Source: Ignavibacteriota bacterium (GTDB lineage Bacteria > Bacteroidota > Ignavibacteria > UBA10030). Taken from it: DNA of 64,000 nucleotides. Each line of letters starts with the position of its first letter. Position 1 is the stretch's first letter. The notes under the pieces were generated by a model that had not been told where the DNA came from, did not search any database, and saw only the letters and a program-made list of their open reading frames with translations. The stretch spans positions 32,001 to 96,000 of the forward strand of contig CAVSHO010000001.1 in assembly GCA_963727825.1 (NCBI GenBank), given 5' to 3'. Made by a program: the position numbers and the translations under genes. This document shows positions 18,721 to 28,748 of the stretch, in pieces.

Positions 18721-19881
18721 TTAGCGTTTAGTGTCTCGTTCGTTTTTTAGATCGGTTTCTATTTCTTCAAACACAATTCGGATTTTGTTGAAACTGTTTT
18801 CTTGTCGCTTCACTTCTATATTGTTAGAAAAGTCTTGTTCACGATTTTCTTTGAAATATCGAACTATAGACTCGGCAAGTTTCGGAATATCATGTGGCGG
18901 CACGATGAAACCGGTTTTGCCATCATCTACTAATTCTGCCAGACCGCCGACATCCGTTACCACGACAGGTTTCGCAAAGCCGTATGCAATACTGAGAATA
19001 CCGCTTTGAGTTGCTTCGTTATACGGAAGAACCACAACATTTGCCGCTGTAAAATAGAGATGCACTGCTTCATTTGCAACAAACTTATTAATGATGGTGA
19101 TATCGTTACCAAGACCGAGTCGCCTGATCGTGTCGAGATATGGTTGTGGATTGTCATAGAATTCACCAACCACCAGAAGATATGCATTGCTTATTTGTTT
19201 GTGAATCAACGGTAACGCCTCTATTATATTCATCAATCCTTTGTATTGCCGAATGTAGCCAAAAAAAAGAAGCACATTCTTACCTTCTAATCTAAGTTGT
19301 TGTTGAGCTTGTAATTGTGTCAGCTGGTCAGGCGTTTGATAGCAGTCATAGATCGGCAGTGAAGAACGAAAGATTATTTTTTGCGGATATAATTTCTTGA
19401 TTTCCTCTTCCACAACTTTTGACAGAACAAGAAATCTGTCCGCAGTCTGCAATGCGGTCTTTGTAAGGAATACATCTATCCATCTGCCTTCGTGTGATAT
19501 GACATTCTCGGCTATGATAACAACAGGTTTTTTTGTCCGTTGCTTGAATGTTGATGCGATTGTTCTAACGATGAAGCCGAAAAATGGATTCCACCAAGTG
19601 AAGACAAGCAAGTCGGGATTAATCGAAGCGGCGAGATGCGCAGCTTTCCACCATGTGAATGGATTTAAACAATCAATAATTTGTATGGAAGGATGTTTTT
19701 TTATTGCGACGCTACTGATGTCGGTCTGACGAATTCCGGGGAATAAAAATCTTGGATATAAACGGGAATAAGAAATTACCTGCACGTCGTTTGTCGCTGC
19801 TAATGATTCGTAAAGGTGTGCGACAAAGAGCGCATTACCCCCTCGGATTGGATATGCCGGACCGATGAGGACGATTTTCAT
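18721..19881 (-). CDS. Glycosyltransferase family 4
   Basis: IGPAYP.RGG, LFFGYIR.YKGL, VLPY..ATQSG, TDVGGL.E motifs. Confidence 0.92.
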   Translation of the reverse strand: MKIVLIGPAYPIRGGNALFVAHLYESLAATNDVQVISYSRLYPRFLFPGIRQTDISSVAIKKHPSIQIIDCLNPFTWWKAAHLAASINPDLLVFTWWNPFFGFIVRTIASTFKQRTKKPVVIIAENVISHEGRWIDVFLTKTALQTADRFLVLSKVVEEEIKKLYPQKIIFRSSLPIYDCYQTPDQLTQLQAQQQLRLEGKNVLLFFGYIRQYKGLMNIIEALPLIHKQISNAYLLVVGEFYDNPQPYLDTIRRLGLGNDITIINKFVANEAVHLYFTAANVVVLPYNEATQSGILSIAYGFAKPVVVTDVGGLAELVDDGKTGFIVPPHDIPKLAESIVRYFKENREQDFSNNIEVKRQENSFNKIRIVFEEIETDLKNERDTKR

Positions 19882-21581
19882 CGGTGCGGTTCTTTCTGTA
19901 ATTTGTTTATGTCTGTTATTGCATTGTAGTTGAGGCGAAAGACATAACTTGGATACGGCGAACCTTCCTGATGCAACATTTCAAACATTTGTGGGTATTT
20001 TTCTGCGACAGGCTGAATGTACCGACGTAACGTGGATGTCCACTGGAAGTTGTCGTAAAGAAGATGCGTCATGTTGAGTGATTTCCACTTTGCAATAATT
20101 GAATCTGGATTTGTCTGATCAATTTTATAAGTGCCATAGACATTGTAATTTCCGGCGTAGAGCAGAAACAGCTCCGGCTTCCTGCAAATGATCCCAGTAG
20201 ATTGAATCGGTAACTGTGATTTGATCCAGACAGATGCACGCAAGTAATTTGTCCAGTCCTCGGTGAATCCGGCGAACTCGTTGCCGCCAAGATTAGCTTT
20301 AAGAATCGGAAGGTTCTCATCAATTGATTGTTTCGCTCCAACTATGTTTGCAAGCATCAATCCAACGATTGCAATAACTATAAGTGTCTTGGCGCGAGTC
20401 GAGACCACTTCTGCATTCGTTACTTTTACCCAGCGATTACCGAGAGTGCGGAATCCTTCAAACGTTCCAATAATAAGATAGGGTATTATTGGAATAAGCA
20501 TCCGGGGCGTGGCAAAAATATTTTGCAGGGCAATCGAAATAAAAGCTATATACGTAACAGTAAAAAGACCGAGAAATGCCGTTATCGATTTAGGTTTTCT
20601 CATAATTGGCGCGATACATCCCGTTAACAAAATCGCGGAAATGAGTACGCCAAAAAATGCTGGCGTGCTTGGTATAAACTGACCATCGGCAACACCTAAT
20701 TCTTGAGGCATCGGCACTCCGAGTGCTGAAGGAATCTGATAGTTCGCATGATTTATAAAATTATTTATGAAACGATCGATAAAACCACTTATAGTTTCCA
20801 TTCCCTCAGTTGTGTTATAGGGATTTTTCAACATGAGAATAGATGCCTGCTCGAATGCAGCAGAGCCCGATGTCCACTCATATATTTTCATAGGACTGTA
20901 GAGTACAGCACACGTAACAATAAATATAGCAAGTTGTTTCCAACGCTGTTGTAATAATAAAAAGAGCGCTGTGACACTTATAATCACAATACCTGTTGCA
21001 CGCACGTAAAATGCTACCATGACTAATATGGCTGCAATAATTATAGATCTTTTTGATTCTATCTCAATTGCACGATAAATAAAATAAATTGTCCAAACCA
21101 GAATGAATGTGAAAAGAAGTTCACTATATGTTTGGTGCGAATATTGTTGAACAATAGGGTTTATAGCGATTAACAGTAATAATGAAAACAGCGTGATCGG
21201 TTGAAGGCGATTACGAAACACAAAGAAAAGAGAAACAATCGTTCCGAGAAAACACATCAATGATGTCGCTTTCAATAGAATCAATTTCATACCAAATATC
21301 CAGATGAATAATGATAATACCAATGGATAACCGGGTGCTTTAAATCCAACAGGCATTTTGCCATTCGAAACAAAATCCATCGCTTGTAGTATATATGTAG
21401 TGTCGTCGCCTCCAGTACTTGGTTTAATATCAAACATCAACACACCGACTATAAATCCTATAGCAAGCACGCTAAGAATACATGCTTTTGTCCTTTTCAA
21501 TAACCAATGATTTACACTATCATAAATCGTTGATCTATTAATATCTTTTTGTTTTATTTTTGTACGGTTTGACTTTTCCAT
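19878..21581 (-). CDS. ArnT/PMT-like GT-C membrane glycosyltransferase
   Basis: GDD..YI after TM1, PGYP, SE..F, multiple TMs and a soluble C-terminal domain. Confidence 0.72.
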   Translation of the reverse strand: MEKSNRTKIKQKDINRSTIYDSVNHWLLKRTKACILSVLAIGFIVGVLMFDIKPSTGGDDTTYILQAMDFVSNGKMPVGFKAPGYPLVLSLFIWIFGMKLILLKATSLMCFLGTIVSLFFVFRNRLQPITLFSLLLLIAINPIVQQYSHQTYSELLFTFILVWTIYFIYRAIEIESKRSIIIAAILVMVAFYVRATGIVIISVTALFLLLQQRWKQLAIFIVTCAVLYSPMKIYEWTSGSAAFEQASILMLKNPYNTTEGMETISGFIDRFINNFINHANYQIPSALGVPMPQELGVADGQFIPSTPAFFGVLISAILLTGCIAPIMRKPKSITAFLGLFTVTYIAFISIALQNIFATPRMLIPIIPYLIIGTFEGFRTLGNRWVKVTNAEVVSTRAKTLIVIAIVGLMLANIVGAKQSIDENLPILKANLGGNEFAGFTEDWTNYLRASVWIKSQLPIQSTGIICRKPELFLLYAGNYNVYGTYKIDQTNPDSIIAKWKSLNMTHLLYDNFQWTSTLRRYIQPVAEKYPQMFEMLHQEGSPYPSYVFRLNYNAITDINKLQKEPHR

Positions 21582-21596
21582 AGACTCAAATGATTC

Positions 21597-23024
21597 TTAA
21601 ATAAATTTCAATCTGCGTGCGGCTACAAAAACCATGCGCAATAATAATAAACCGTGCTGCCAACGATGAATATTTGTCTCACCATAAATTCGTTCTGCGT
21701 AACGTATAGGCAATTCGATAATTTTCAAATTCTGCTTTGACGCGCCGAAAATAAGATCAAAATCGCCAAATGGATCAAATTCGCCTAAGTATGAACGATT
21801 TTTCACAAGTTTTTCATAGTCTGATTTAAAGAGCACTTTAGTTCCGCAGAGTGTATCTTTGAATTTTTGATCGAGCAAATATGTAAACATCATACTAAAG
21901 AATTTATTTCCCAGCAGATTGAGAAAGCGCATCGCCTGCTTTTCCATTGGATAGACAAGCCGACTGCCGTTCACAAACTCTCCGTGGTTTTCAGCAAGTG
22001 CGTTATAAAATTTTGGCAGGTCTTCCGGCGCGACCGTCAGGTCTGCGTCTAAGATCATTAGAATATCACCGGTAGCGTTCGCAAAACCTTCACGCACGGC
22101 ATTCGCTTTGCCAGTACCGCTTTGGACACAGAAGCTTATAGCACGTTTTTTCTTATAAGTTTTTACGACGCGTTTGATCTCATCGAGTGTTCCGTCATTT
22201 GAGCCGCCTTCAACAAAAATGATTTCTGTTTTATTGCCCATTTTGGGGATGCGTTGCACAGCTGTTTCAATGTTATCGCGTTCGTTTCGTGCTGGAATAA
22301 TAATGGAGACGGAAAAACGTTCAGGATGCATATCTTGGACCCGAGGCCTTGCTACGATGAAGCGGACGACGCAGAATTTTCGCAGCAAAGGAAACTGTGA
22401 AAGATATTTGTTGAAGAGCCAAGAGAGAATCGGAATGTTCTTGGGCAGTAATAGACGATAGCCACTTCGGATGATTTCAAAATTTGCAAGATCAAGCAGA
22501 TTATGCAAATCATGTGCGTTGACCCAGTTTTGATGGGGCTGTGGAGTTTTTAATCTAAATTTTTCCGCCAGAAACAGAATCGGTTCCCATATAAAATTGT
22601 AGTATGTAATGATGAGACGCGAACGCGGCGTCATCACTCTGTGCGTTTTTTCTAATGCCTGTTGAATGTCATACAAATGGCCGACAAGATCTGACATTAC
22701 TACATAATCAAACTTTTGTTTAAGCGATAACTGTTCAGCACTCATTGGATAAAATGAGAGGTTGTGATATTTATTTTGGGCTATGGAAACCATATTTGAA
22801 CTAATGTCGACACCGACACCTATGAAAGGTTGTACGGCATTAAGTAAATCACCAGTGGCACAGCCGAGCTCAAGAACAGAAGAATGTTGTGGAATAAGAA
22901 ATCGTAGCAACTTTTCTATATTATCATGATAATAACGATTACGCGCTTGCCATTTATCCCAATAATTTGCAATTGAATCAAAATATTCTGTTAATCGGTT
23001 ATGTAAATAAGAAGTTTTATTCAT
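21597..23024 (-). CDS. Methyltransferase-GT2 fusion protein
   Basis: N-terminal VLELGC.TG.LL; C-terminal IIIPARNE, VEGGS.DGT, ILDADL, DTLCGTK, DPFGDFDL. Confidence 0.87.
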   Translation of the reverse strand: MNKTSYLHNRLTEYFDSIANYWDKWQARNRYYHDNIEKLLRFLIPQHSSVLELGCATGDLLNAVQPFIGVGVDISSNMVSIAQNKYHNLSFYPMSAEQLSLKQKFDYVVMSDLVGHLYDIQQALEKTHRVMTPRSRLIITYYNFIWEPILFLAEKFRLKTPQPHQNWVNAHDLHNLLDLANFEIIRSGYRLLLPKNIPILSWLFNKYLSQFPLLRKFCVVRFIVARPRVQDMHPERFSVSIIIPARNERDNIETAVQRIPKMGNKTEIIFVEGGSNDGTLDEIKRVVKTYKKKRAISFCVQSGTGKANAVREGFANATGDILMILDADLTVAPEDLPKFYNALAENHGEFVNGSRLVYPMEKQAMRFLNLLGNKFFSMMFTYLLDQKFKDTLCGTKVLFKSDYEKLVKNRSYLGEFDPFGDFDLIFGASKQNLKIIELPIRYAERIYGETNIHRWQHGLLLLRMVFVAARRLKFI

Positions 23025-23115
23025 CTCTTGAGGAATTATTATACAAGCGTAAAATAGAAATTGTACTATATAATAGCATTATATCTTTATTTGTGCCAAT
23101 GATGACAAATTGTTT

Positions 23116-23859
23116 TTATTTTTCTGATTTACGTGCAGACAATATAATGGAACCAGCAATTTCACGAATCAGCGGTGTGATTTCCAAGATGTGTGATAAC
23201 TTTTGCGCCAAAGGAATGAATGTTGGTGGTATTGCGGGATGTAAAAAGTCGTAGGGTTCAACGAGTACTTCTGAAAAACCAATCTGCTTCAGCAATTTAG
23301 CCATAGGCCAACGGAAGAAGGCGGTCTCGTCCGGCGAATCTCCCATTTTACGTTTGATGTACGGTATGTTTTTCTGCAGAGCTATTTGCGGATTCATCAT
23401 ATTTGGTTCAGCAAAAGTGATATGGCCGCCTCGTCTAAGAACACGAAATGCCTCTTTAAGTGCTTTTTCAACATTTACGTGATGTAGAATAGAACTTCCA
23501 ACAACCGCATCAAATGATTCTTCTTCAAATTTGAGAGATTCAATATCGCCGATCTGGAAGGAAATATTTGGATGCGAATCTCTTTGTGCTTCAGTAATAA
23601 GATCGGGCGAGAGATCAACTGCAGTAACCTTTGCCCCGCTCGATGCAAACCGCCTGGAAAACATGCCGGTTCCACAACCAAACTCCAGCAATATTGTTCC
23701 CGATTGAATTCCGGCTCGTTCAATTAACAGCTCTGTTCGCCTACGAGCACGTTCTATTCCTGCAGGAGTTCCCCATCCCCAAATCTCTATAGCGTTAGGA
23801 ACAAGGAATTTTCCATGAGCACGTTCATTCTCTTTTCGTAAATCAATTTGTGTATTCAT
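23116..23859 (-). CDS. Class I SAM-dependent methyltransferase
   Basis: LEFGCGTG, VDLS, FDAVVG.SILHH, EPN motifs. Confidence 0.88.
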   Translation of the reverse strand: MNTQIDLRKENERAHGKFLVPNAIEIWGWGTPAGIERARRRTELLIERAGIQSGTILLEFGCGTGMFSRRFASSGAKVTAVDLSPDLITEAQRDSHPNISFQIGDIESLKFEEESFDAVVGSSILHHVNVEKALKEAFRVLRRGGHITFAEPNMMNPQIALQKNIPYIKRKMGDSPDETAFFRWPMAKLLKQIGFSEVLVEPYDFLHPAIPPTFIPLAQKLSHILEITPLIREIAGSIILSARKSEK

Positions 23860-23952
23860 TTAGTATATTAAAGTTAGAACAATATCTAACTAAGTACAAT
23901 AAATTGCATCGTTTAGTTATTTTTGATTGAAATAAACGTACAGCACAGAACC

Positions 23953-24936
23953 CTACTTCAAACTTTCGTGGATGGAGTACGTTTCTTCGTTTCGATCATT
24001 CCGTGAAATCATCTCGCCTAATAAACCTAGAGAAATGAATTGGACGCCGATGATAATAAAGAGAAATCCAACGAGGAAGAGTGGACGATTGCTGATGGCT
24101 GTTAAGCCCAAGAACCATTCAATCGAGAGATATCCATCAATTGCAGCACCAATTACGAATGAAATAATTCCCCAGACACCAAAGAGATGCAGGGGGCGAC
24201 GGATATATTTTGCTGTGAAGAGAATCGTCAGTAAATCAAGAAAGCCGCGATAAAATTTTCCAACCGTATATTTTGAATGGCCGTACTTTCGTGGATGATG
24301 CTGAACAATTTTTTCACTTACTCGAAATCCAGCCTGATGCGATAAAATTGGAATATAGCGATACAAATCGCCGTAAAGTTTCAATTCCTTAGCTACAATT
24401 TTACGATATACTTTCAGTCCACAATTCAAATCATGGATGCGCAGCCCCGTCATTTTGCTTGTAATGGTGTTGGCGATCTGTGATGGCAATGTGAAGATGA
24501 TGGAATCGTGTCTTTTCTTTTTCCAGCCCGACACTAAGTCGTATGAATCTCCAAGAGCTTCGATTAACGATGGAATTTCGTTCGGGTCGTCTTGCAAGTC
24601 GGCATCCATTGTGATAATGAATTCGCCTTGCGCTTCTTTGAATCCTGCGGAAAGCGCTGCAGATTTTCCATAGTTCCGCCGAAAACGAATGACTTTAATA
24701 ATTTTTGGATATTCAGCATGCAATGCAGTTAAAATTTCAAACGATTTATCGGTGCTACCGTCATCCACAAAGATGGTTTCATAAGACATCTTAGTCCGTT
24801 GCATCGTCTCATTGATGAGCGAGAACAATTCGTGCAGAGATTCTTCTTCATTAAGGAGAGGAATAACGATAGAAATACACGGAATATGGGTTAGGCCAGA
24901 TTGTTTTGTGTTTAGCTTTGCCATCGGTAAGATCAC
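23953..24936 (-). CDS. GT2 polyprenol-phosphate glycosyltransferase (ArnC/GtrB-like)
   Basis: IVIPLLNEE.SL, VDDGS.D, RNYGK.AAL..G, TMDADLQDDP, C-terminal TMs ending GLLGE. Confidence 0.9.
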   Translation of the reverse strand: MILPMAKLNTKQSGLTHIPCISIVIPLLNEEESLHELFSLINETMQRTKMSYETIFVDDGSTDKSFEILTALHAEYPKIIKVIRFRRNYGKSAALSAGFKEAQGEFIITMDADLQDDPNEIPSLIEALGDSYDLVSGWKKKRHDSIIFTLPSQIANTITSKMTGLRIHDLNCGLKVYRKIVAKELKLYGDLYRYIPILSHQAGFRVSEKIVQHHPRKYGHSKYTVGKFYRGFLDLLTILFTAKYIRRPLHLFGVWGIISFVIGAAIDGYLSIEWFLGLTAISNRPLFLVGFLFIIIGVQFISLGLLGEMISRNDRNEETYSIHESLK

Positions 24937-25020
24937 CGGTGTTCGTTTTTAATTTTCGAAATTAAAGTAACGTAAAAACGAGCAATATGCAAGGTGGAGA
25001 AAGGGGAAGCATAGGGAGAA

Positions 25021-25860
25021 TTATTTTCCGACTTGTGGACCAGTTCGCTGTTCGAGTTCGACCCGCTCTTTATCCTGGGTATAAGCCATCACAAACACAG
25101 TTTCTAATTTCACAAAGTCAACGCCAGGTTCAATTGTGATGGATTTGAAAAGCGAACCCGGTTGTTCGCGTACATCGCTGACCAGACCGATACGAATATC
25201 CGGTGGGAAAGCATTGCTATATTCAGATGTTGTGACAACGTCACCCACTTTGACATCGCGCATTTTCGGAACATTCTTTAAACTGAGCGTCTTTCCATCC
25301 CAAATAACAATTCCGTCTACACGACTGCGCTGCACCTTGCCGCTTGCCCGAAAGTCTGTGTTTAGAAGAATATTTATGGTAGAGTAATGCTTAGTCACAG
25401 CTGTGACGATGCCAATCAATCCACCGTCGCTCACCACCGGCATATATTGCTGTATGCTATCACTTGAGCCAACGTTAATTGCGATTGTGTTACGCAAAAG
25501 TGTAAGATTCTTGTTGACGACGCGAGCTGCAATCAGCTCATATGGCAGTTGAGCTTTTAATCCAAGCAATTGCCGCAGACGGAGGTTCTCGAGTTTTGCT
25601 TCACGGAGCCGCTGTGTTTCATCAGCCAGTTCAATGTTGATATGATGAAGAAGCTCGTTCTCTGCCTTTAGTCCAAAGTACGTGGGAATAAAACTAAGCT
25701 GTTCCTGCATTTCGCCAAAGATAACAGTCGAAATAGCTCGGATCTGTTTGATCTGCGAATTGTCGTTCATTGCCATTAGAACGAAGGAAATAACAATTAA
25801 GACAGCAAGGATTGCATACTCTCGGAATTCGTACAGAATGTCGTATAGTCGCTCAAGCAT
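25021..25860 (-). CDS. mreC: Rod shape-determining protein MreC
   Basis: N-terminal TM, coiled coil EN.RLRQLL, I.VG...I....PVV...GLIG, GD.V.TS....FP.DI.IG motifs; lies downstream of mreB. Confidence 0.93.
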   Translation of the reverse strand: MLERLYDILYEFREYAILAVLIVISFVLMAMNDNSQIKQIRAISTVIFGEMQEQLSFIPTYFGLKAENELLHHINIELADETQRLREAKLENLRLRQLLGLKAQLPYELIAARVVNKNLTLLRNTIAINVGSSDSIQQYMPVVSDGGLIGIVTAVTKHYSTINILLNTDFRASGKVQRSRVDGIVIWDGKTLSLKNVPKMRDVKVGDVVTTSEYSNAFPPDIRIGLVSDVREQPGSLFKSITIEPGVDFVKLETVFVMAYTQDKERVELEQRTGPQVGK

Positions 25861-25862
25861 CT

Positions 25863-25943
25863 TTTAATTGTGAATTTCGAATCGTCAATTGCAAATTAAT
25901 AATTTCATATTAACTGCTGATTTCGGATTGTGAATTTTTGATT
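25863..25943 (-). repeat. Two tracts of degenerate 7-mer repeats
   Basis: Minus strand: AATCAAA AATTCAC AATCCGA AATCAGC ... AATTTGC AATTGAC GATTCGA AATTCAC AATTAAA. Confidence 0.65.
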
Positions 25944-25947
25944 AATA

Positions 25948-26070
25948 TTATTTACGTTTTGCAGTTTTTCTTGTTGAAGTAAAGACTGCTGTCAGCTCTC
26001 CTGCTTCCTTTAACAATACTTTAGTTGCCTCAGAATTAGATTTTCCTAACTCAGATAACAATTCGAAATT
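25948..26070 (-). pseudogene. 3' remnant of a four-helix-bundle (23S rRNA-IVS protein-like) gene
   Basis: Startless frame NFELLSELGKSNSEATKVLLKEAGELTAVFTSTRKTAKRK*, resembling the ELL.E...LL.EA.EL.A.F....KTAK C-terminus of that family. Confidence 0.65.
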
Positions 26071-26071
26071 A

Positions 26072-27097
26072 TCAATACCTCTTTCCCTTCAACAATACCT
26101 TGGAGTATTTGTCCATGTTTTCCATAACTTTACCTGTACCACGCACAACGGCGAGTAACGGTTCTTCGGCAACGTGAACGGGAAGATTTGTCTCAAGACG
26201 AAGCCGCTCGTCAAGGCCCTTTAACAAAGCACCGCCACCTGTAAGCATAATACCGCGATCAAGAATATCAGCAGACAGTTCTGGCGGAGTTCGTTCTAAT
26301 GTGACTTTAACTCCTTCTACAATTTGAGCAATAGGTTCGTTCAAAGCTTCTCGAATTTCCACTGAGCTGACCTCCGTTGTCTTCGGTACACCATTCACAA
26401 GGTCGCGCCCTTTTACTTGAATCGTAATTTCTTCTTTCAATGGCATTGCAGAGCCAACTTCACACTTAATCGCTTCCGCTGTCCGTTCGCCAATTAGGAT
26501 ATTGTGATTGCGTTTAAAGAATTGAATGATGGCGTTATTCATCTCGTCACCCGCCACGCGCCGCGATTCTTCGTTCACAATGCCGGACAGTGCGATGACG
26601 GCGATTTCTGTTGTGCCACCGCCGATATCAACAACCATATTTCCTACAGGTGCATCAACATCGAGTCCAATGCCGATTGCCGCTGCCATTGGCTCGGCAA
26701 GTAAGTGAACTTCTTTTGCGCCGGCATGTTCGGCGGAATCACGGACAGCGCGTTTTTCCACCTCTGTAATTCCTGAAGGTACCGAAACAATAATGCGTCT
26801 GCTTGGCACCCAGCCTGCGCTGATTTTTTTAATAAATTCGCGTAGCATACCTTCCGCGATTTCAAAATCCGCAATCACACCATCTTTCATCGGACGGATG
26901 GTTCGGATGTCTTTATGCGTGCGGCCGAGCATTGCACGCGCTTCATTGCCTATGGCGATGATGCGCTTCGTGTTCCGATCAAACGCAACAATGGATGGTT
27001 CGTTAAGGATGATACCTTTGCCCTTCATCCAGATAACAGTATTTGCCGTGCCAAGGTCGATGGCAAGGTCGGCTGAAAACATTGAGAAGAGTCCCAT
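26072..27097 (-). CDS. mreB: Rod shape-determining protein MreB
   Basis: AIDLGTANT, IRPMKDGVIADF, VDIGGGTTE, LTGGGALL motifs. Confidence 0.98.
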   Translation of the reverse strand: MGLFSMFSADLAIDLGTANTVIWMKGKGIILNEPSIVAFDRNTKRIIAIGNEARAMLGRTHKDIRTIRPMKDGVIADFEIAEGMLREFIKKISAGWVPSRRIIVSVPSGITEVEKRAVRDSAEHAGAKEVHLLAEPMAAAIGIGLDVDAPVGNMVVDIGGGTTEIAVIALSGIVNEESRRVAGDEMNNAIIQFFKRNHNILIGERTAEAIKCEVGSAMPLKEEITIQVKGRDLVNGVPKTTEVSSVEIREALNEPIAQIVEGVKVTLERTPPELSADILDRGIMLTGGGALLKGLDERLRLETNLPVHVAEEPLLAVVRGTGKVMENMDKYSKVLLKGKRY

Positions 27098-27146
27098 GAG
27101 AATCCAATTGCAAAATTATGAATGAAAAATTAATAAATGAATTATC

Positions 27147-28748
27147 TTAATGCCTAAAATGTCTGATACCGGTAAAGACCATTGCGATGTTGTGCTCGTC
27201 AGCCGCCTTGATAACTTCATCATCATGAATAGATCCACCGGGTTGAATTACTGCAGTTGCACCAACTTTTATCGCTTCCAACAATCCATCTGCAAATGGG
27301 AAAAATGCATCGGAGGAAACTGCGCAGCCATGCAAATCAAATCCAGCTTCTGTTGCTTTCATAGCCGCAATTTTAGAGGAATCAACACGCGACATTTGTC
27401 CGGCGCCGATGCCGAGCGTCCGGTCGCCCAGTGTGTACACAATCGCATTCGATTTCACATGTTTAGCAATATGCCAAGCAAATAACAAAGCCTGCATCTC
27501 TTCATCAGTTGGTTGACGTTTTGTGACAATTCGTAAGTCACTTTGATGAATTCTGTGTTGATCCGGTTCCTGCACTAGAACGCCACCAACAACTTTCCGT
27601 AAATCTAACTCCCAAAATTTTCGCAAGTTTGATACCTGCTTCATCAAACGGCGATCCCGTTTCTTTGTTAGAAATTCCAGCACGCCTTTTTCATATTCTG
27701 GTGCAATAATTACTTCGGTGAAAATTTCGTTGATGGCTTCTGCTGTCGTCCTATTAAGCGGGCGATTCACACAGACGATTCCGCCATACGCAGATTTTGT
27801 ATCCGTTGCAAATGCTTTTCGATATGCCTCAGCAAGGTTTGCGTCAGTACCAACGCCGCATGGATTGTTGTGTTTAACAATAACGACGGCGGGATCGTTA
27901 AACTCTGTGCAAAGCAATGCTGCTGCGTTGATGTCGAGAATGTTATTGAAAGATAGTTCTTTACCATGCAGTTTCTGAAAATGGCTGCCGAACGTCCCAT
28001 ATAGCGCAGCTGCTTGATGCGGATTTTCACCGTAGCGCATCGGCAGTTCTTTTTTCAGCGAAATGGTGATGGAATCTGGCAGAGTTTTTTGCGGGGTTAG
28101 TCCGGCAAGATATGATGCTATGATTGAATCATAATGCGCAGTGTGTTGAAATGCCCGACACGCAAGATTGAATCGTGTCTGCAATGTAAGTGCGCCGTTA
28201 TGCTCGCGCATTTCTTCTAACACGATGCCATAAAGATCGGGGTTGACAACAACAGCCGTATGCCTGAAATTCTTTGATGATGAACGCACCATGGCTGGCC
28301 CGCCAATATCAATTTGCTCAATAGCTTCATTTAACTTCACATTTTCAACTGCTATAGTTTGTTCAAAAGGATAGAGGTTGACGACTACAAGATCGATTGG
28401 TTCTATATTATGTTTTTGTAACTGCTCACGATGTGAAGGATTATCCATCACGGCAAGGATGCCGGCGTGAATAGCTGGATGCAGAGTCTTAACGCGGCCA
28501 TCAAGAATCTCAGGAAAGCCGGTAACATCCGAGACTTGTTTTACTTCGATGCCGGCGTTTTTCAGAGCTGTAAATGTTCCGCCAGTTGAAATAATCTCTA
28601 CACCGAATTCTCGCAGTGCTTTTGCAAATTCGACTATTCCTTTTTTATCCGATACACTAATTAAAGCGCGCTTAATTGTGAGCGGTGGTATATCATCATC
28701 CGATGAAATTGATTTTGAGAACGGATCTAGAACTATTACGTTATCCAA
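27147..28748 (-). CDS. purH: Bifunctional AICAR transformylase/IMP cyclohydrolase
   Basis: RALISVSDK, STGGT, GRVKTLHP, IDIGGP, RYGENPHQ, GAGQMSRVDS, C-terminal RHFRH; TTG start overlaps purN. Confidence 0.98.
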   Translation of the reverse strand: MDNVIVLDPFSKSISSDDDIPPLTIKRALISVSDKKGIVEFAKALREFGVEIISTGGTFTALKNAGIEVKQVSDVTGFPEILDGRVKTLHPAIHAGILAVMDNPSHREQLQKHNIEPIDLVVVNLYPFEQTIAVENVKLNEAIEQIDIGGPAMVRSSSKNFRHTAVVVNPDLYGIVLEEMREHNGALTLQTRFNLACRAFQHTAHYDSIIASYLAGLTPQKTLPDSITISLKKELPMRYGENPHQAAALYGTFGSHFQKLHGKELSFNNILDINAAALLCTEFNDPAVVIVKHNNPCGVGTDANLAEAYRKAFATDTKSAYGGIVCVNRPLNRTTAEAINEIFTEVIIAPEYEKGVLEFLTKKRDRRLMKQVSNLRKFWELDLRKVVGGVLVQEPDQHRIHQSDLRIVTKRQPTDEEMQALLFAWHIAKHVKSNAIVYTLGDRTLGIGAGQMSRVDSSKIAAMKATEAGFDLHGCAVSSDAFFPFADGLLEAIKVGATAVIQPGGSIHDDEVIKAADEHNIAMVFTGIRHFRH

